From positions 1 to 32,000 of the forward strand of contig CATKGX010000102.1 of NCBI GenBank assembly GCA_949747775.1: a DNA stretch of 32,000 bases, in the 5' to 3' direction. The stretch comes from an uncultured Clostridia bacterium (GTDB lineage: Bacteria > Bacillota > Clostridia > TANB77 > CAG-508). Of this stretch, positions 6,820 through 16,507 are shown piece after piece. Both the position numbers and the translations under genes were made by a program. The notes below the pieces were generated by a model. The model made no database searches and was not told the DNA's origin. It saw only the letters and a program-made list of their open reading frames with translations. The stretch's first letter is position 1; every line of letters begins with the position of its first letter.

Positions 6820-8679
6820 ATGTTTGATATAGAAGCGGAACTTAAAAAATTGCCACATAAACCTGGTGTATATATTATGCATGATAAGAATGACAAAATT
6901 ATATATGTAGGAAAAGCAGTTTCATTAAGAAATAGAGTAAGGCAATATTTTAGGAAAAACAATAAAACAAAAAGAATAGAAAATATGGTTTCTTTAATAG
7001 ACCATTTTGAATATATTGTAACAGACAATGAGGCAGAAGCTTTAATTTTGGAATGTAATCTAATAAAAAAGAATATGCCTAAATTTAATGTGCTATTAAA
7101 AGATGACAAAACCTATCCATATATTAAAGTAAATGTAAAGTCTGACTATCCAGACGTATATATTACAAGAAGAATTTTAAATGATGGAGCAAAATACTTT
7201 GGACCTTATGCTTCTCCAGGAGCAGCAAAGGAAATGATTGATTTTATAAAAACAAAGTTTAAAGTAAGGCAATGTAAAACCTTTAAATATAAAGATAGAC
7301 CATGTTTAAATTACCATATAAAAAAATGCATGGGACCCTGTATGGGATATATTTCGAAAGAAGAATATAGAAAGCAAATTAACGAAATTATAGATTTACT
7401 AGATGGTAGAACCGATAAAATGTTAAAACAATTAACAGGGGAAATGAATGAAGCAGCCAAAAATATGGAATATGAAAAAGCAGCCTATTTAAGAGATAAA
7501 AAACTAGCAATAGAAAGAATTACCGAAAGACAAAAGGTTTCTAATATATCAGAAAATGATATTGATGTAATTGGACTAGCCAGAAATGAGCAGCAAGTTT
7601 GCATAGAAATTTTCTTTGTTAGAAAAAGCAAAATGATAGGAAGAGAACATTACTTTTTAAATCATTTAAGTGATGAAGAAGAAAGTGAAATTTTATCAAG
7701 TTTTATGAAACAATATTATATGAATAGACCACTTCTTCCTAATAAAATTATGATAAAGACAGAAATAGAAGATAAAGAATTGATAGAGCAATATTTAAGC
7801 AAAGTTGCAGGCAGGAAAGTAGAAATAAAAACACCACAAAAAGGAGAAAAGCTACGTTTAGTAGAAATGGCAGAAATGAATAGTAGAATTACATTAGAAA
7901 ATAAAGAAAAAGATAAAACTGCAATTTTAACACAGCTAAAAGAAGTATTACAAATGAATAAGATTCCAAGAAAAATTGAAACATATGATATCTCTAACAT
8001 ATCAGGTCAATTTATGGTTGCAGGAATGTGTGTAATGCAAGATGGTGTTATTAAAAAGAACTTATCAAGAAGATTTAAAATAAAAACAGTATTGGGGCAA
8101 GATGACCCAAAATGTATGCATGAAGTTATTACAAGAAGACTAAGACATTCAGTAGATATATTAAACACAAGTAAAACAACAGGATTTGGAAGCTTGCCAG
8201 ATGCCATTTTTGTAGATGGTGGTATTACACAAATAAGAGCAGCAAAAAAAGCCATAGATGATATAGGCAAAGAAATAAAAGAGGCAGAAAAAGCATTAGG
8301 GGTAAATGAGGGACGTAGTAAACCAGAAATTTTAGTTTTTGGAATGGTAAAAGATGATAAGCATACAACAAGAGCTTTAATTAATGAAGCAAGAGAGGAA
8401 ATACCATTACCACAAGATTTAATGAATTTAGTTACAAGATTTCAAGATACTGTTCATGATACAGCAATAGGATATCATAAAAAACTTCGTGATAAAGAAA
8501 TAACAAAATCAGCTTTAGATAATATTTTAGGAATTGGGGAAGTAAAGAAAAAAGAATTATTAAAGAAATTTGGAAGTGTAGAGCAAATTGCAAAAGCAGA
8601 AATTTCCGAGATAAGTAGTATTAACGGAATTACAGAGGAATTAGCAAGAAAAATAAAAGAAAACTTAAATAATTTGTAA
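6820..8679 (+). CDS. uvrC: Excinuclease ABC subunit C
   Basis: 619 aa. N-terminal GIY-YIG domain (PGVYIMHDKNDKIIYVGKA...NRVRQYF), a UVR domain, and a C-terminal RNase H-like and (HhH)2 region (LDNILGIGEVKKKELLKKFGSVEQI). Confidence 0.97.
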   Translation: MFDIEAELKKLPHKPGVYIMHDKNDKIIYVGKAVSLRNRVRQYFRKNNKTKRIENMVSLIDHFEYIVTDNEAEALILECNLIKKNMPKFNVLLKDDKTYPYIKVNVKSDYPDVYITRRILNDGAKYFGPYASPGAAKEMIDFIKTKFKVRQCKTFKYKDRPCLNYHIKKCMGPCMGYISKEEYRKQINEIIDLLDGRTDKMLKQLTGEMNEAAKNMEYEKAAYLRDKKLAIERITERQKVSNISENDIDVIGLARNEQQVCIEIFFVRKSKMIGREHYFLNHLSDEEESEILSSFMKQYYMNRPLLPNKIMIKTEIEDKELIEQYLSKVAGRKVEIKTPQKGEKLRLVEMAEMNSRITLENKEKDKTAILTQLKEVLQMNKIPRKIETYDISNISGQFMVAGMCVMQDGVIKKNLSRRFKIKTVLGQDDPKCMHEVITRRLRHSVDILNTSKTTGFGSLPDAIFVDGGITQIRAAKKAIDDIGKEIKEAEKALGVNEGRSKPEILVFGMVKDDKHTTRALINEAREEIPLPQDLMNLVTRFQDTVHDTAIGYHKKLRDKEITKSALDNILGIGEVKKKELLKKFGSVEQIAKAEISEISSINGITEELARKIKENLNNL

Positions 8680-8763
8680 AAATAATGCATACGAAAGTAG
8701 TCATATAAATTGAAACTTATGAATATATTTATTGTATAAAATATAAAATAGGGGGATTTTTAT

Positions 8764-8970
8764 ATGGAATACACAAAAGATTTAATTTTAAATGTAAATT
8801 ATGGACAAGCAGGTAAAACAAAAAAGGGAGGACTAACAATACTTGGAAAGGTAATAGAAAAAATAACAAAGCATAAAGCAATTAGTACCATTGTATCAAT
8901 TACGTTAATGCTGATGATTTTAGATATTATGCTAGTTTCAAGTTTTGTAGAAATTTTAAGTAGTATTTAA
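8764..8970 (+). CDS. Hypothetical small membrane protein (68 aa, C-terminal TM helix)
   Basis: GGGGGA RBS lies 7 nt upstream. The hydrophobic tail is AISTIVSITLMLMILDIMLVSSFV. Confidence 0.5.
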   Translation: MEYTKDLILNVNYGQAGKTKKGGLTILGKVIEKITKHKAISTIVSITLMLMILDIMLVSSFVEILSSI

Positions 8971-8992
8971 ATAAGAAGGGAAAAAGAAAAAA

Positions 8993-9874
8993 ATGAATGT
9001 GGCAAAAAATTGGGAAGATTACGAAATACTAGATATGGCAAATGGAGAAAAATTAGAAAGATGGAAAGATGTTATTTTAGCAAGACCAGATCCTCAAATT
9101 ATTTGGAGCAATAAGTCTTTTCCAGAAAAGTGGAAAAAAACGAATGCAAGATATATAAGAAGTACAGAAGGAGGAGGTCATTGGGAATATAACAAAAAAA
9201 TGCCAAATAGCTGGCAAGTAAAATACAAAGACTTAACTTTTAATATTAAACCAATGGGATTTAAGCATACAGGACTATTTCCAGAACAAGCAGTTAATTG
9301 GGACTGGATGATAGAAAAAATTCAAAATGCCAAAAGAGAAATAAGTGTATTAAATTTATTTGCTTATACAGGTGGAGCAACAGTAGCTTGTAGCTATGCA
9401 GGGGCAAAAGTTTGCCATGTAGATAGCTCAAAAGGAATGACAACTTGGGCAAAAGAAAATTTAGTATCATCAGGATTACAAAACAGACCAGTTCGCTTTA
9501 TTGTAGATGATGTTGTTAAATTTGTAAATCGTGAAATTCGTAGAGGAAACAAATACGATGCGATTATTATGGATCCACCATCATATGGAAGAGGAACAAA
9601 TGGCGAAGTGTGGAAATTCGAGGAAAATATTGCAGATTTAGTGGAGTTATGTAGTAAGGTTTTATCAGATAAACCATTATTTTTCTTAATTAATTCTTAT
9701 ACAACAGGCATATCAAGCACAGTATTACAAAATATTTTAAGAATGAATATTGGAAAAAAGCATAAAGGCAAACTAAGCTCAGGTGAAATAGGACTTCCTA
9801 TGGCGAATTCAGACTTAATACTTCCTTGTGGTATATTTGGTCGCTGGGAAAGTGAAAAAGGAGCAAATAGATGA
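8993..9874 (+). CDS. Class I SAM-dependent RNA methyltransferase (RlmI/RlmK-like, no PUA domain)
   Basis: FKHTGLFPEQ motif, SAM-binding LNLFAYTGGATVA, and catalytic-region IIMDPPSYGRG. Confidence 0.8.
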   Translation: MNVAKNWEDYEILDMANGEKLERWKDVILARPDPQIIWSNKSFPEKWKKTNARYIRSTEGGGHWEYNKKMPNSWQVKYKDLTFNIKPMGFKHTGLFPEQAVNWDWMIEKIQNAKREISVLNLFAYTGGATVACSYAGAKVCHVDSSKGMTTWAKENLVSSGLQNRPVRFIVDDVVKFVNREIRRGNKYDAIIMDPPSYGRGTNGEVWKFEENIADLVELCSKVLSDKPLFFLINSYTTGISSTVLQNILRMNIGKKHKGKLSSGEIGLPMANSDLILPCGIFGRWESEKGANR

Positions 9875-10558
9875 ACCAATTAAAAGTAATATATGAAGAC
9901 AATCATATCATAGTAGTAGAAAAACCAGTTAATATTCCTTCACAAGGCGACAAAACAGGTGATAAAGATATGCTAACAATAATAAAAGAGTATTTAAAAG
10001 AAAAGTATCATAAACCAGGCAATGTTTATTTAGGGTTAGTGCATCGTTTAGATAGACCTGTTGGAGGCGTTATGGTATTTGCCAAAACTTCTAAAGCAGC
10101 AGCTAGATTAAGTGAGCAAGTACGTGAAAAGGTATTTCAAAAAACATATTTGGTTATTTGCAATGGACAAATGGAAAGCGCGAAGCGGTACGTTAGAAGA
10201 TGATTTACTGAAAAATGAAAAAAGTAATATGAGTAGGGTTGTCAAAAAAGGAACTAAAAATAGCAAATATGCGAAATTAGAATATGAAGTTTTAAAGTAT
10301 GATAAAGAGTTAAATTTATCAGTTTTAAAAATATTATTACATACTGGGAGACATCATCAAATAAGAGTGCAACTATCTAGCCGTGGTCATAGTATTTATG
10401 GCGACCAGAAATATGGTGGAAGAGGGCATGGAAAACAAATTACACTATGGGCATATAAGTTAAAGATTGTTCACCCAGTCACAAAAGAAGAAATGGAGTT
10501 TAAAGCAGTTCCAGAAAAAACAGGAAGTTGGAAGATAATAGAAGATTTAAATGTATAA
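9871..10558 (+). CDS. RluA-family pseudouridine synthase, interrupted (ORFs 9871-10203 and 10112-10558; a +1 shift is needed at CGG 10186-10188)
   Basis: The first ORF carries the catalytic HRLDRPVGGVMVFAKT. The second carries GRHHQIRVQLS..GHSIYGDQKYG. Skipping C10186 joins ...NGQMESAK-GTLEDDLLKNEK into one roughly 228-aa protein. Confidence 0.85.
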
Positions 10559-10562
10559 ACAA

Positions 10563-10603
10563 AAAACACTTAATGCAATAAAAATTGCTTAAGTGTTTTT
10601 TGT
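10563..10603 (+). terminator. Rho-independent terminator
   Basis: AACACTTAA..GCAAT/AAAA/ATTGC..TTAAGTGTT extended stem, followed by TTTT. Confidence 0.8.
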
Positions 10604-10751
10604 TGTTTATGTAAATTTTACAAAAACACAAAATCTTATACGAAACTCAAAAAATCAATTTTTCATATAAGATTTTAAGACTTTCATAAACAAAATAAAA
10701 AAAGTAAAAAGAAAAAGAGTATGATGGAAATGAAGTAGGAGATGGATACAA

Positions 10752-11372
10752 ATGATAGATAAAATGTGCCAAAATATTGTAAAACAAATGCAGAAACAAA
10801 TGCCAGAAATAGATGATGAAAAAGCTGAAATTATATTATATGGAATACAATTATTGTTAGGAGAAGTTCCTAAAATGATAATATTATTTGCACTTGGTTT
10901 CGTACTAGGAATTGGGTGGTATACATTAATTGCATTTATAGCAATTATGCCATATAGAGCAGCATCAGGAGGATTTCATTTAAAATCACATTTGGGCTGT
11001 ATTTTAGGAACAAGTGCTTTTTATTATGGGAATGTTTATCTAAGTAAATTTATTTTACTTAGCAGTATTCAAAAATATAGTTTAATTATAGGAGCACTTA
11101 TATTAGGTATTATTATGGTTCATTTATATGCTCCAGCAGATACAGAAAGTGTACCGATTATTAGTAAAAACGAAAGAAGAAAGAAAAAAATATTATCATA
11201 TATTACATTAATCGTTACATTAATCGTTGCAACTATTATACAAGATAATATTATTTCCAATATATTTATTTTTGGAGTAATTATCCAAAGTACGATGATT
11301 AGCAAAATAGCATATAAAATTACAAAAAATGAATATGGATATGAAGTATATCAAAAACAAACTATTAATTAA
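10752..11372 (+). CDS. agrB: AgrB-family accessory gene regulator protein (AIP-processing membrane endopeptidase)
   Basis: 206-aa polytopic membrane protein with the family-typical MPYRAASGGFHLKSHLGCILGT block (conserved His/Cys). An AgrD-like peptide gene follows it. Confidence 0.85.
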   Translation: MIDKMCQNIVKQMQKQMPEIDDEKAEIILYGIQLLLGEVPKMIILFALGFVLGIGWYTLIAFIAIMPYRAASGGFHLKSHLGCILGTSAFYYGNVYLSKFILLSSIQKYSLIIGALILGIIMVHLYAPADTESVPIISKNERRKKKILSYITLIVTLIVATIIQDNIISNIFIFGVIIQSTMISKIAYKITKNEYGYEVYQKQTIN

Positions 11373-11435
11373 GTTAGTAATGCATTAGCCGGCAATGCTT
11401 TATTATATAAACCAAAATTATAGGAGGAAATTTTT

Positions 11436-11555
11436 ATGTTAAAAATGTTAGCAAAAGTAGCAGAAAAATATGCAAAGGCAACAAACACAACATGTTTGAT
11501 ATTCGGAATGTTACATCAACCAAAAATGCCTGCAACATTAGTAAAAAAGGATTAA
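11436..11555 (+). CDS. agrD: AgrD-like autoinducing peptide precursor (39 aa), not in the ORF track
   Basis: AGGAGG lies 7 nt upstream. The peptide is MLKMLAKVAEKYAKATNTTCLIFGMLHQPKMPATLVKKD. It has an amphipathic leader, a single Cys (11493-11495) and a charged HQPxxP tail like clostridial AgrD. It sits immediately downstream of agrB. Confidence 0.75.
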   Translation: MLKMLAKVAEKYAKATNTTCLIFGMLHQPKMPATLVKKD

Positions 11556-11642
11556 TGAAAAATAAATAAGTTATAAATTGAGTATATAAAACAATACGGA
11601 TAACAACGATTCTTACATAAAAAATAATAAAAACGACAAACT

Positions 11643-11677
11643 AAAAAACGATTTCCATTTGGGAAATCGTTTTTTTA
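11643..11677. terminator. Bidirectional terminator shared by convergent agrBD and the kinase gene
   Basis: ACGATTTCC (11648-11656) pairs with GGAAATCGT (11662-11670). An A-run lies upstream and a T-run downstream. Confidence 0.8.
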
Positions 11678-11682
11678 GTGGT

Positions 11683-13041
11683 TTAATAATATATTTCAAA
11701 TTGTTGTTTAAAATATTCTGGATTTTTACTAGTAAATAGATTCAAATTATTATTTCGTTTTAAAATTTCGCGAACTTTCCATAGTCCAAGACCACAGTTT
11801 TCTTTATTTTCCTTACTAGAAATACCTTTTTCAAATATTTTATCTGTATCTACATCTTTATTGGTATAGGTATTTTCAATAATAATAACAAGCCTATGTT
11901 TTGTTTCTTCTTTTCTAAAAGTAACATTAATTTTCTTGTCTTCACATTGTTTAGCAGCTTCAATACTATTGTCTAATAAAATACCTAAAATTCTGGTGAA
12001 TTCATAAATTTTCATATGATTTTCGATTTCATTTAAATCTAAAAAGATGTCTAAATGAATTAGAATATTTAATGCATCTGCATCATAATATTTTGCAGCT
12101 AATATATTGTAAATAGCAGGATGATTAATAACATCAGGACTTAGTGAATATAGATTATTTGTTTTATGACATTCTAGTAGTAATTGCTCGTAATATTTTG
12201 TTAATCCAGAAATATCTTCAGTTCTAACATATCCTCCAATACTATTAACCATATTGTCAAAATCATGTTTAAAGGTTCTAACTGTATCATGCAAAGCACG
12301 TAGTGACTGAATCGTTAAATGTGCACCTTCTAAATCTCGTTCTGTAATTTCTAACTTAGATATATTAATTACATTATATACACTAATAGAAAAATATGAA
12401 ATTAGTACTAAAATTCCTGCAAGTGTTATTAGAAATGGCATAGTATCACTATAAAATCTAACTAAATAAAATTGTAATGCAATAAATAAGATTAATAATA
12501 GTAAATTTGATATCAAGAGAGTCTTTGTTTTTATATTCATACTATCAATAACCTTTATATTTAATTTTAAGTATTTTATAGTTTTGGTAATTATAAATAT
12601 ACTAAAATAAATTCCTAGGATAGCAAGAATTCTATAAATAGGGATTGTCATTAACATAGAATAGTCTAAATGTAATATGTTAATAAAGACATTAGCTATT
12701 ATAAATTCAAGTATGGTAGTGGTTATTGTAGTAATTATTTCTGCAAGAATGCTCTTTAAAATAGTAGTCTTAAAAATAAAGAATATTGTTAAAGGAGCTA
12801 GTATAATATTAACAAAAATAGTATAAGAAACAGGAACAATAAAAGTAATAATATTTCCAAGGATACCATATGTTAATGTATAAATTAATTTTTGTTTTTT
12901 AGTACAAGGTATATTCAATATTGTTAGAAAAAAATGCATACATACATAAGTTTCTAAAAAGTGTAGTGGCATAGCTATTATTTTAAATAGTTCTTCATTC
13001 GGCGTTGTCAAAGCTGTCATAATTGTTTGTAAAATTTCCAT
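11683..13041 (-). CDS. agrC: AgrC-like sensor histidine kinase (HPK10 family, multi-pass membrane sensor + GHKL ATPase)
   Basis: About six N-terminal TM helices. H-box is VRTFKHDFDNMVNSI and the ATPase region contains LVIIIENT and ENCGLGLWKV. The ORF opens at 13098. ATG 13041 (MEILQTIM) has GGAGG 9 nt upstream and shortens the overlap with the regulator gene. Confidence 0.85.
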   Translation of the reverse strand: MEILQTIMTALTTPNEELFKIIAMPLHFLETYVCMHFFLTILNIPCTKKQKLIYTLTYGILGNIITFIVPVSYTIFVNIILAPLTIFFIFKTTILKSILAEIITTITTTILEFIIANVFINILHLDYSMLMTIPIYRILAILGIYFSIFIITKTIKYLKLNIKVIDSMNIKTKTLLISNLLLLILFIALQFYLVRFYSDTMPFLITLAGILVLISYFSISVYNVINISKLEITERDLEGAHLTIQSLRALHDTVRTFKHDFDNMVNSIGGYVRTEDISGLTKYYEQLLLECHKTNNLYSLSPDVINHPAIYNILAAKYYDADALNILIHLDIFLDLNEIENHMKIYEFTRILGILLDNSIEAAKQCEDKKINVTFRKEETKHRLVIIIENTYTNKDVDTDKIFEKGISSKENKENCGLGLWKVREILKRNNNLNLFTSKNPEYFKQQFEIYY

Positions 13042-13735
13042 GATTAAAAACCTCCATAAAATTATTTTTGTATTTTGGACCAATATAACATTTTTCATTT
13101 TTGGTAAATGAAATCATATTAGTAGAAAAATCAATGTCATTAATCTTGTCTAAATTAACAATATAAGACTTATGACATCGTACAAATTGTCTCGGTAATA
13201 TTGACTCAATCTTATTAAACGAATTATATACTTCGTAATTTCTGGTATCTGTTGTAAAAACTAACTTCATGCCATCTTTATGAATAAACTTGACAGAATT
13301 TTCAGGAATAATGGTTTTATTATTGTCAAGCCTTATATATTTGGGATTTCCATCAGAAACATCTTCAAATAACCTTAAAATTGTTTCTTCAAATCTTTTA
13401 GCAGTAAGTGGTTTGGGAATATAGTCAAAGGTTTTATACTTATATGCGACTAATCCAAATTCCAGATGACCAGTAATAAAAATAATGTAAGTGTTCTTAT
13501 CTTGTTTTCGAATAGATTCGGCAAGTTTTAGTCCATCGATTTCATTATTTAAGTCAATATCCAAAATAACAACATTAACAGGATTGGTTTTTACATATTT
13601 TAATAATTCAAAGGGATTTTTTGTAGAAAAAGTAATTTGTCCACTGAGTCTATTTTGAATGATGATAGAATCCAACATCTTTGACAATCTATCGATAGCG
13701 TCTTGACTATCATCACATAAAACAAAATTTAACAT
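12995..13735 (-). CDS. agrA: LytTR-family response regulator (AgrA-like)
   Basis: REC domain (FVLCDDS...VVILDIDL...IIFITGH) plus a LytTR DNA-binding domain (FVRCHKSYIVNLDKI). Confidence 0.88.
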   Translation of the reverse strand: MLNFVLCDDSQDAIDRLSKMLDSIIIQNRLSGQITFSTKNPFELLKYVKTNPVNVVILDIDLNNEIDGLKLAESIRKQDKNTYIIFITGHLEFGLVAYKYKTFDYIPKPLTAKRFEETILRLFEDVSDGNPKYIRLDNNKTIIPENSVKFIHKDGMKLVFTTDTRNYEVYNSFNKIESILPRQFVRCHKSYIVNLDKINDIDFSTNMISFTKNEKCYIGPKYKNNFMEVFNHGNFTNNYDSFDNAE

Positions 13736-13831
13736 ACCCCAATATCCCTCACATTATATAATATTGAACCAAAAGAAATGTAATTCGATAAGCTACGAAG
13801 TAATTACCTTAATTTTCCAGTTCCAAGTAAT

Positions 13832-13860
13832 AATATAATCTAAAAAAATTAGATTGTCAA
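13832..13860 (-). promoter_or_regulatory. Putative sigma-A promoter for the regulator-kinase operon
   Basis: Minus strand: TTGACA (13860-13855), 17-nt spacer that is itself palindromic (ATCTAAtttttTTAGAT), then TATATT (13837-13832). Confidence 0.5.
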
Positions 13861-14007
13861 TATTTTTTGAATAAAAGGAAAAAGAAAAGAAAAAAGTCGA
13901 AAAAATAGCGGGAAACTAAAAATATAATGAGAAAGTTGAAAAAAATTTTTTTATGTGGTATGATAAAAAACAATTACGAGTGTTATAAAAATATTAGGAG
14001 TGAAAAA

Positions 14008-14817
14008 GTGAAAAATTTAATCAAAATTATACAAGAACATATAGAGTACAAACAACAAATTTTTAAATTAGCAAAATCAGATTTAATAAAAACATATAGA
14101 GGAGCAGCACTTGGTTGGGCTTGGGCTATTATAAAGCCAACAGTAACTATTTTTGTTTATTGGTTTGCTTTTGAAATAGGAATTAGAAGTGGAAAGCCAG
14201 TTTCTAATTTTCCATATTTTTTATGGTTAATTGCAGGAGTTGTGCCTTGGTTTTATATTAGTGATATGTTAACATCTGGAACAGATACAATTAGAAGATA
14301 TAGTTACTTAGTAACAAAAATGAAGTTCCCAGTAGCTACAATTCCTACATTTGTTAGTATTTCAAAATTTATGGTACATTTAATATTAATGTCTATTGTT
14401 ATTGGAATATTTTGGGCCTTTGGATATCCACCTACATTATATATATTACAATTACCATTTTATATGATTCTTATGTTTATCTTTTGTACAATTTGGAGTT
14501 TATTTGCTTCATTACTATCATCTATGAGTAAGGATTTTGGAAATTTGGTAAAGTCAATGGTAACAGCAGTATTCTGGTTATCTGGAATTATGTGGAGTGT
14601 AGAAAGCATTCAAATTGGATGGTTAAAGAAATTGTTAATGCTAAACCCTGTAACATTTTTAGTAAATGGTTTTAGAAACTGTTTTATTAATCATACTTGG
14701 TTCTGGCAACAACCAAAAAGGCTGTTATATTTTGTTATTATTACATTTATTTTGCTAATAATTGCATTATGGACTTATAGAAAATTAAGAAAAGATATAC
14801 CAGATGTATTGGGATAA
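14008..14817 (+). CDS. ABC-2 type polymer-export permease (TagG/Wzm-like)
   Basis: Typical N-terminus ...LAKSDLIKTYRGAALGWAWAIIKP and six TM helices. The ORF opens at 13927, but GTG 14008 follows AGGAG by 6 nt and matches the family start. Confidence 0.85.
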   Translation: MKNLIKIIQEHIEYKQQIFKLAKSDLIKTYRGAALGWAWAIIKPTVTIFVYWFAFEIGIRSGKPVSNFPYFLWLIAGVVPWFYISDMLTSGTDTIRRYSYLVTKMKFPVATIPTFVSISKFMVHLILMSIVIGIFWAFGYPPTLYILQLPFYMILMFIFCTIWSLFASLLSSMSKDFGNLVKSMVTAVFWLSGIMWSVESIQIGWLKKLLMLNPVTFLVNGFRNCFINHTWFWQQPKRLLYFVIITFILLIIALWTYRKLRKDIPDVLG

Positions 14818-14828
14818 AGGAGAAATCA

Positions 14829-15557
14829 GTGAAAGAAAAAGATATTGTTATAAAATTTGATCATGTTACAAAATTGTACAAACTATTTAAAAGTGACAAA
14901 AAAAGATTATTATCAGCTTTTATAAAAGGGATAAAGTATCAAGAAAAAAGAGCTGTTAATGATGTCTCTTTTGAAATAGAACGTGGAGAGTCTGTTGCTC
15001 TTTTTGGAAGAAATGGAGCAGGAAAGTCAACTATTTTAAAAATGGTAACAAATGTATGCTTTCCAACAGAAGGGGAAATTACGGTTAATGGTAGAGTAAG
15101 TGCACTTTTAGAGTTAACTTCAGGATTTGACCCAGAGTTTACAGGAAGAGAAAACATTTACTTAAAAGGTCAACTTTTAGGATTAAAAGATAACGAAATA
15201 AAAGAACTAGAGCAGGAAATTATTGATTTTGCAGAAATTGCAGAATATATAGATCAACCAGTTAGAACATATTCTAGTGGTATGAAAGCAAGATTAGGAT
15301 TTTCGATTAATGTTAATATAAGACCAGAAATCTTAATTGTAGATGAAGCACTAAGTGTTGGTGACGAAAACTTTAGAAAAAAATGTAGCAGTAAAGTAGG
15401 CGAGATTATACAAAAAGATAATGTTACCTTATTATTTGTTACTCATTCACCAGCTTCAGCAGCAGAGTTTTGCAAAAGAGGTATGGTAATGAAAAATGGA
15501 AAAATTACATTTGATGGACCAATAGAAGAAGCAATTGAAAAATATAGAGAATGTTAA
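14829..15557 (+). CDS. ABC transporter ATP-binding protein (TagH/Wzt-like polymer export)
   Basis: GTG start after AAGGAG. Walker A GRNGAGKST, signature YSSGMKARL, Walker B ILIVDEALSVGD. Confidence 0.9.
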   Translation: MKEKDIVIKFDHVTKLYKLFKSDKKRLLSAFIKGIKYQEKRAVNDVSFEIERGESVALFGRNGAGKSTILKMVTNVCFPTEGEITVNGRVSALLELTSGFDPEFTGRENIYLKGQLLGLKDNEIKELEQEIIDFAEIAEYIDQPVRTYSSGMKARLGFSINVNIRPEILIVDEALSVGDENFRKKCSSKVGEIIQKDNVTLLFVTHSPASAAEFCKRGMVMKNGKITFDGPIEEAIEKYREC

Positions 15558-15571
15558 TAGTAGACACATAA

Positions 15572-15618
15572 AAAAGTCAAACAAATTTCAGAGTATGAAA
15601 TTTGTTTGACTTTTTTAT
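15572..15618 (+). terminator. Rho-independent terminator
   Basis: A stem of about 20 bp, AAAAAGTCAAACAAATTTCA / TGAAATTTGTTTGACTTTTT, with a T-run. Confidence 0.85.
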
Positions 15619-15674
15619 GTCATAATTTTGTATAAGTTTCATAAAATTATGAAAAAGAGGGGAGAAAACGGATT

Positions 15675-16503
15675 ATGAAAAAGATTTTAAATAAAGAATT
15701 TACTATTTCAAGTATATTTTTAGCGTGTATGCTAGTATTTTTATTTACATTTTCAGTTGTCCAGTCAAATGAAATGAAAAATGTTGTACAAACAAATACC
15801 TCGGGAACAGTTAGTAACAAAAAGATTGGTTGGGGAATTAAAAGAAATGATAATCATGAGCAACCAGATGTAGGTGCAGTAAATAAAAGTATTATAGAGA
15901 AATACAAAGGAATATGTATGGGAAATAAAGAAAAGAAATACATTTATCTTACATTTGATAATGGATATGAAGCAGGATATACAGAAAAGATTTTAGAGGT
16001 GTTAAAGCAAAACAATGTAAAAGCCACCTTTTTTATTACTGCACACTATGTAAATACTCAGCCAGAACTAGTGCAAAGGATGATAGATGAAGGACATATT
16101 ATTCGGAAATCATACCGTAAATCATAAATCTATGCCAGAAATTGATAATGAAACCATCAAAAAAGAAGTAATGGAATTGCATACATCAATTTATGAAAAA
16201 TTTGGTTATGAGATGAAATATATAAGACCTCCAAAAGGAGAATATAGTGAAAGAACAGTAGCTTATACAAATACATTAGAATATAAAACTGTTATGTGGT
16301 CATTTGCTTATGATGATTGGGATGAGTCAAAACAAGGCAGAGAGGCATATGGCAAAAAGAAGATTTTAGATAATTTGCATAATGGAGAGGTAATGTTATT
16401 GCATGGAACGTCAAAAGATAATAGTAATATTTTAGATGAATGTTTAAAAGAAATTAAAAAACAAGGATATGAAATTAAGTCATTAGATGAATTTGAGGGG
16501 TAA
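15675..16503 (+). CDS. pdaA: PdaA-like polysaccharide deacetylase (spore-cortex delta-lactam de-N-acetylase family), interrupted (ORFs 15675-16127 and 16087-16503; a +1 shift is needed at CGG 16104-16106)
   Basis: Signal/anchor sequence, then KKIGWGIKRNDNHEQPDVG and IYLTFDNGYEAGYT (NodB motif 1). Skipping C16104 gives MIDEGHII-GNHTVNHKSM (NodB His-His motif). Downstream blocks are YIRPPKGEYS and MLLHG. Confidence 0.85.
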
Positions 16504-16507
16504 GCGT

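Noticed and set aside
6561-7109. 182-aa minus-strand ORF from the track
   Set aside because: It runs antisense through the 5' end of uvrC and across the GC-rich structured element. It has low-complexity Phe/Leu/Ser/Ile content typical of antisense AT-rich DNA, and no RBS.
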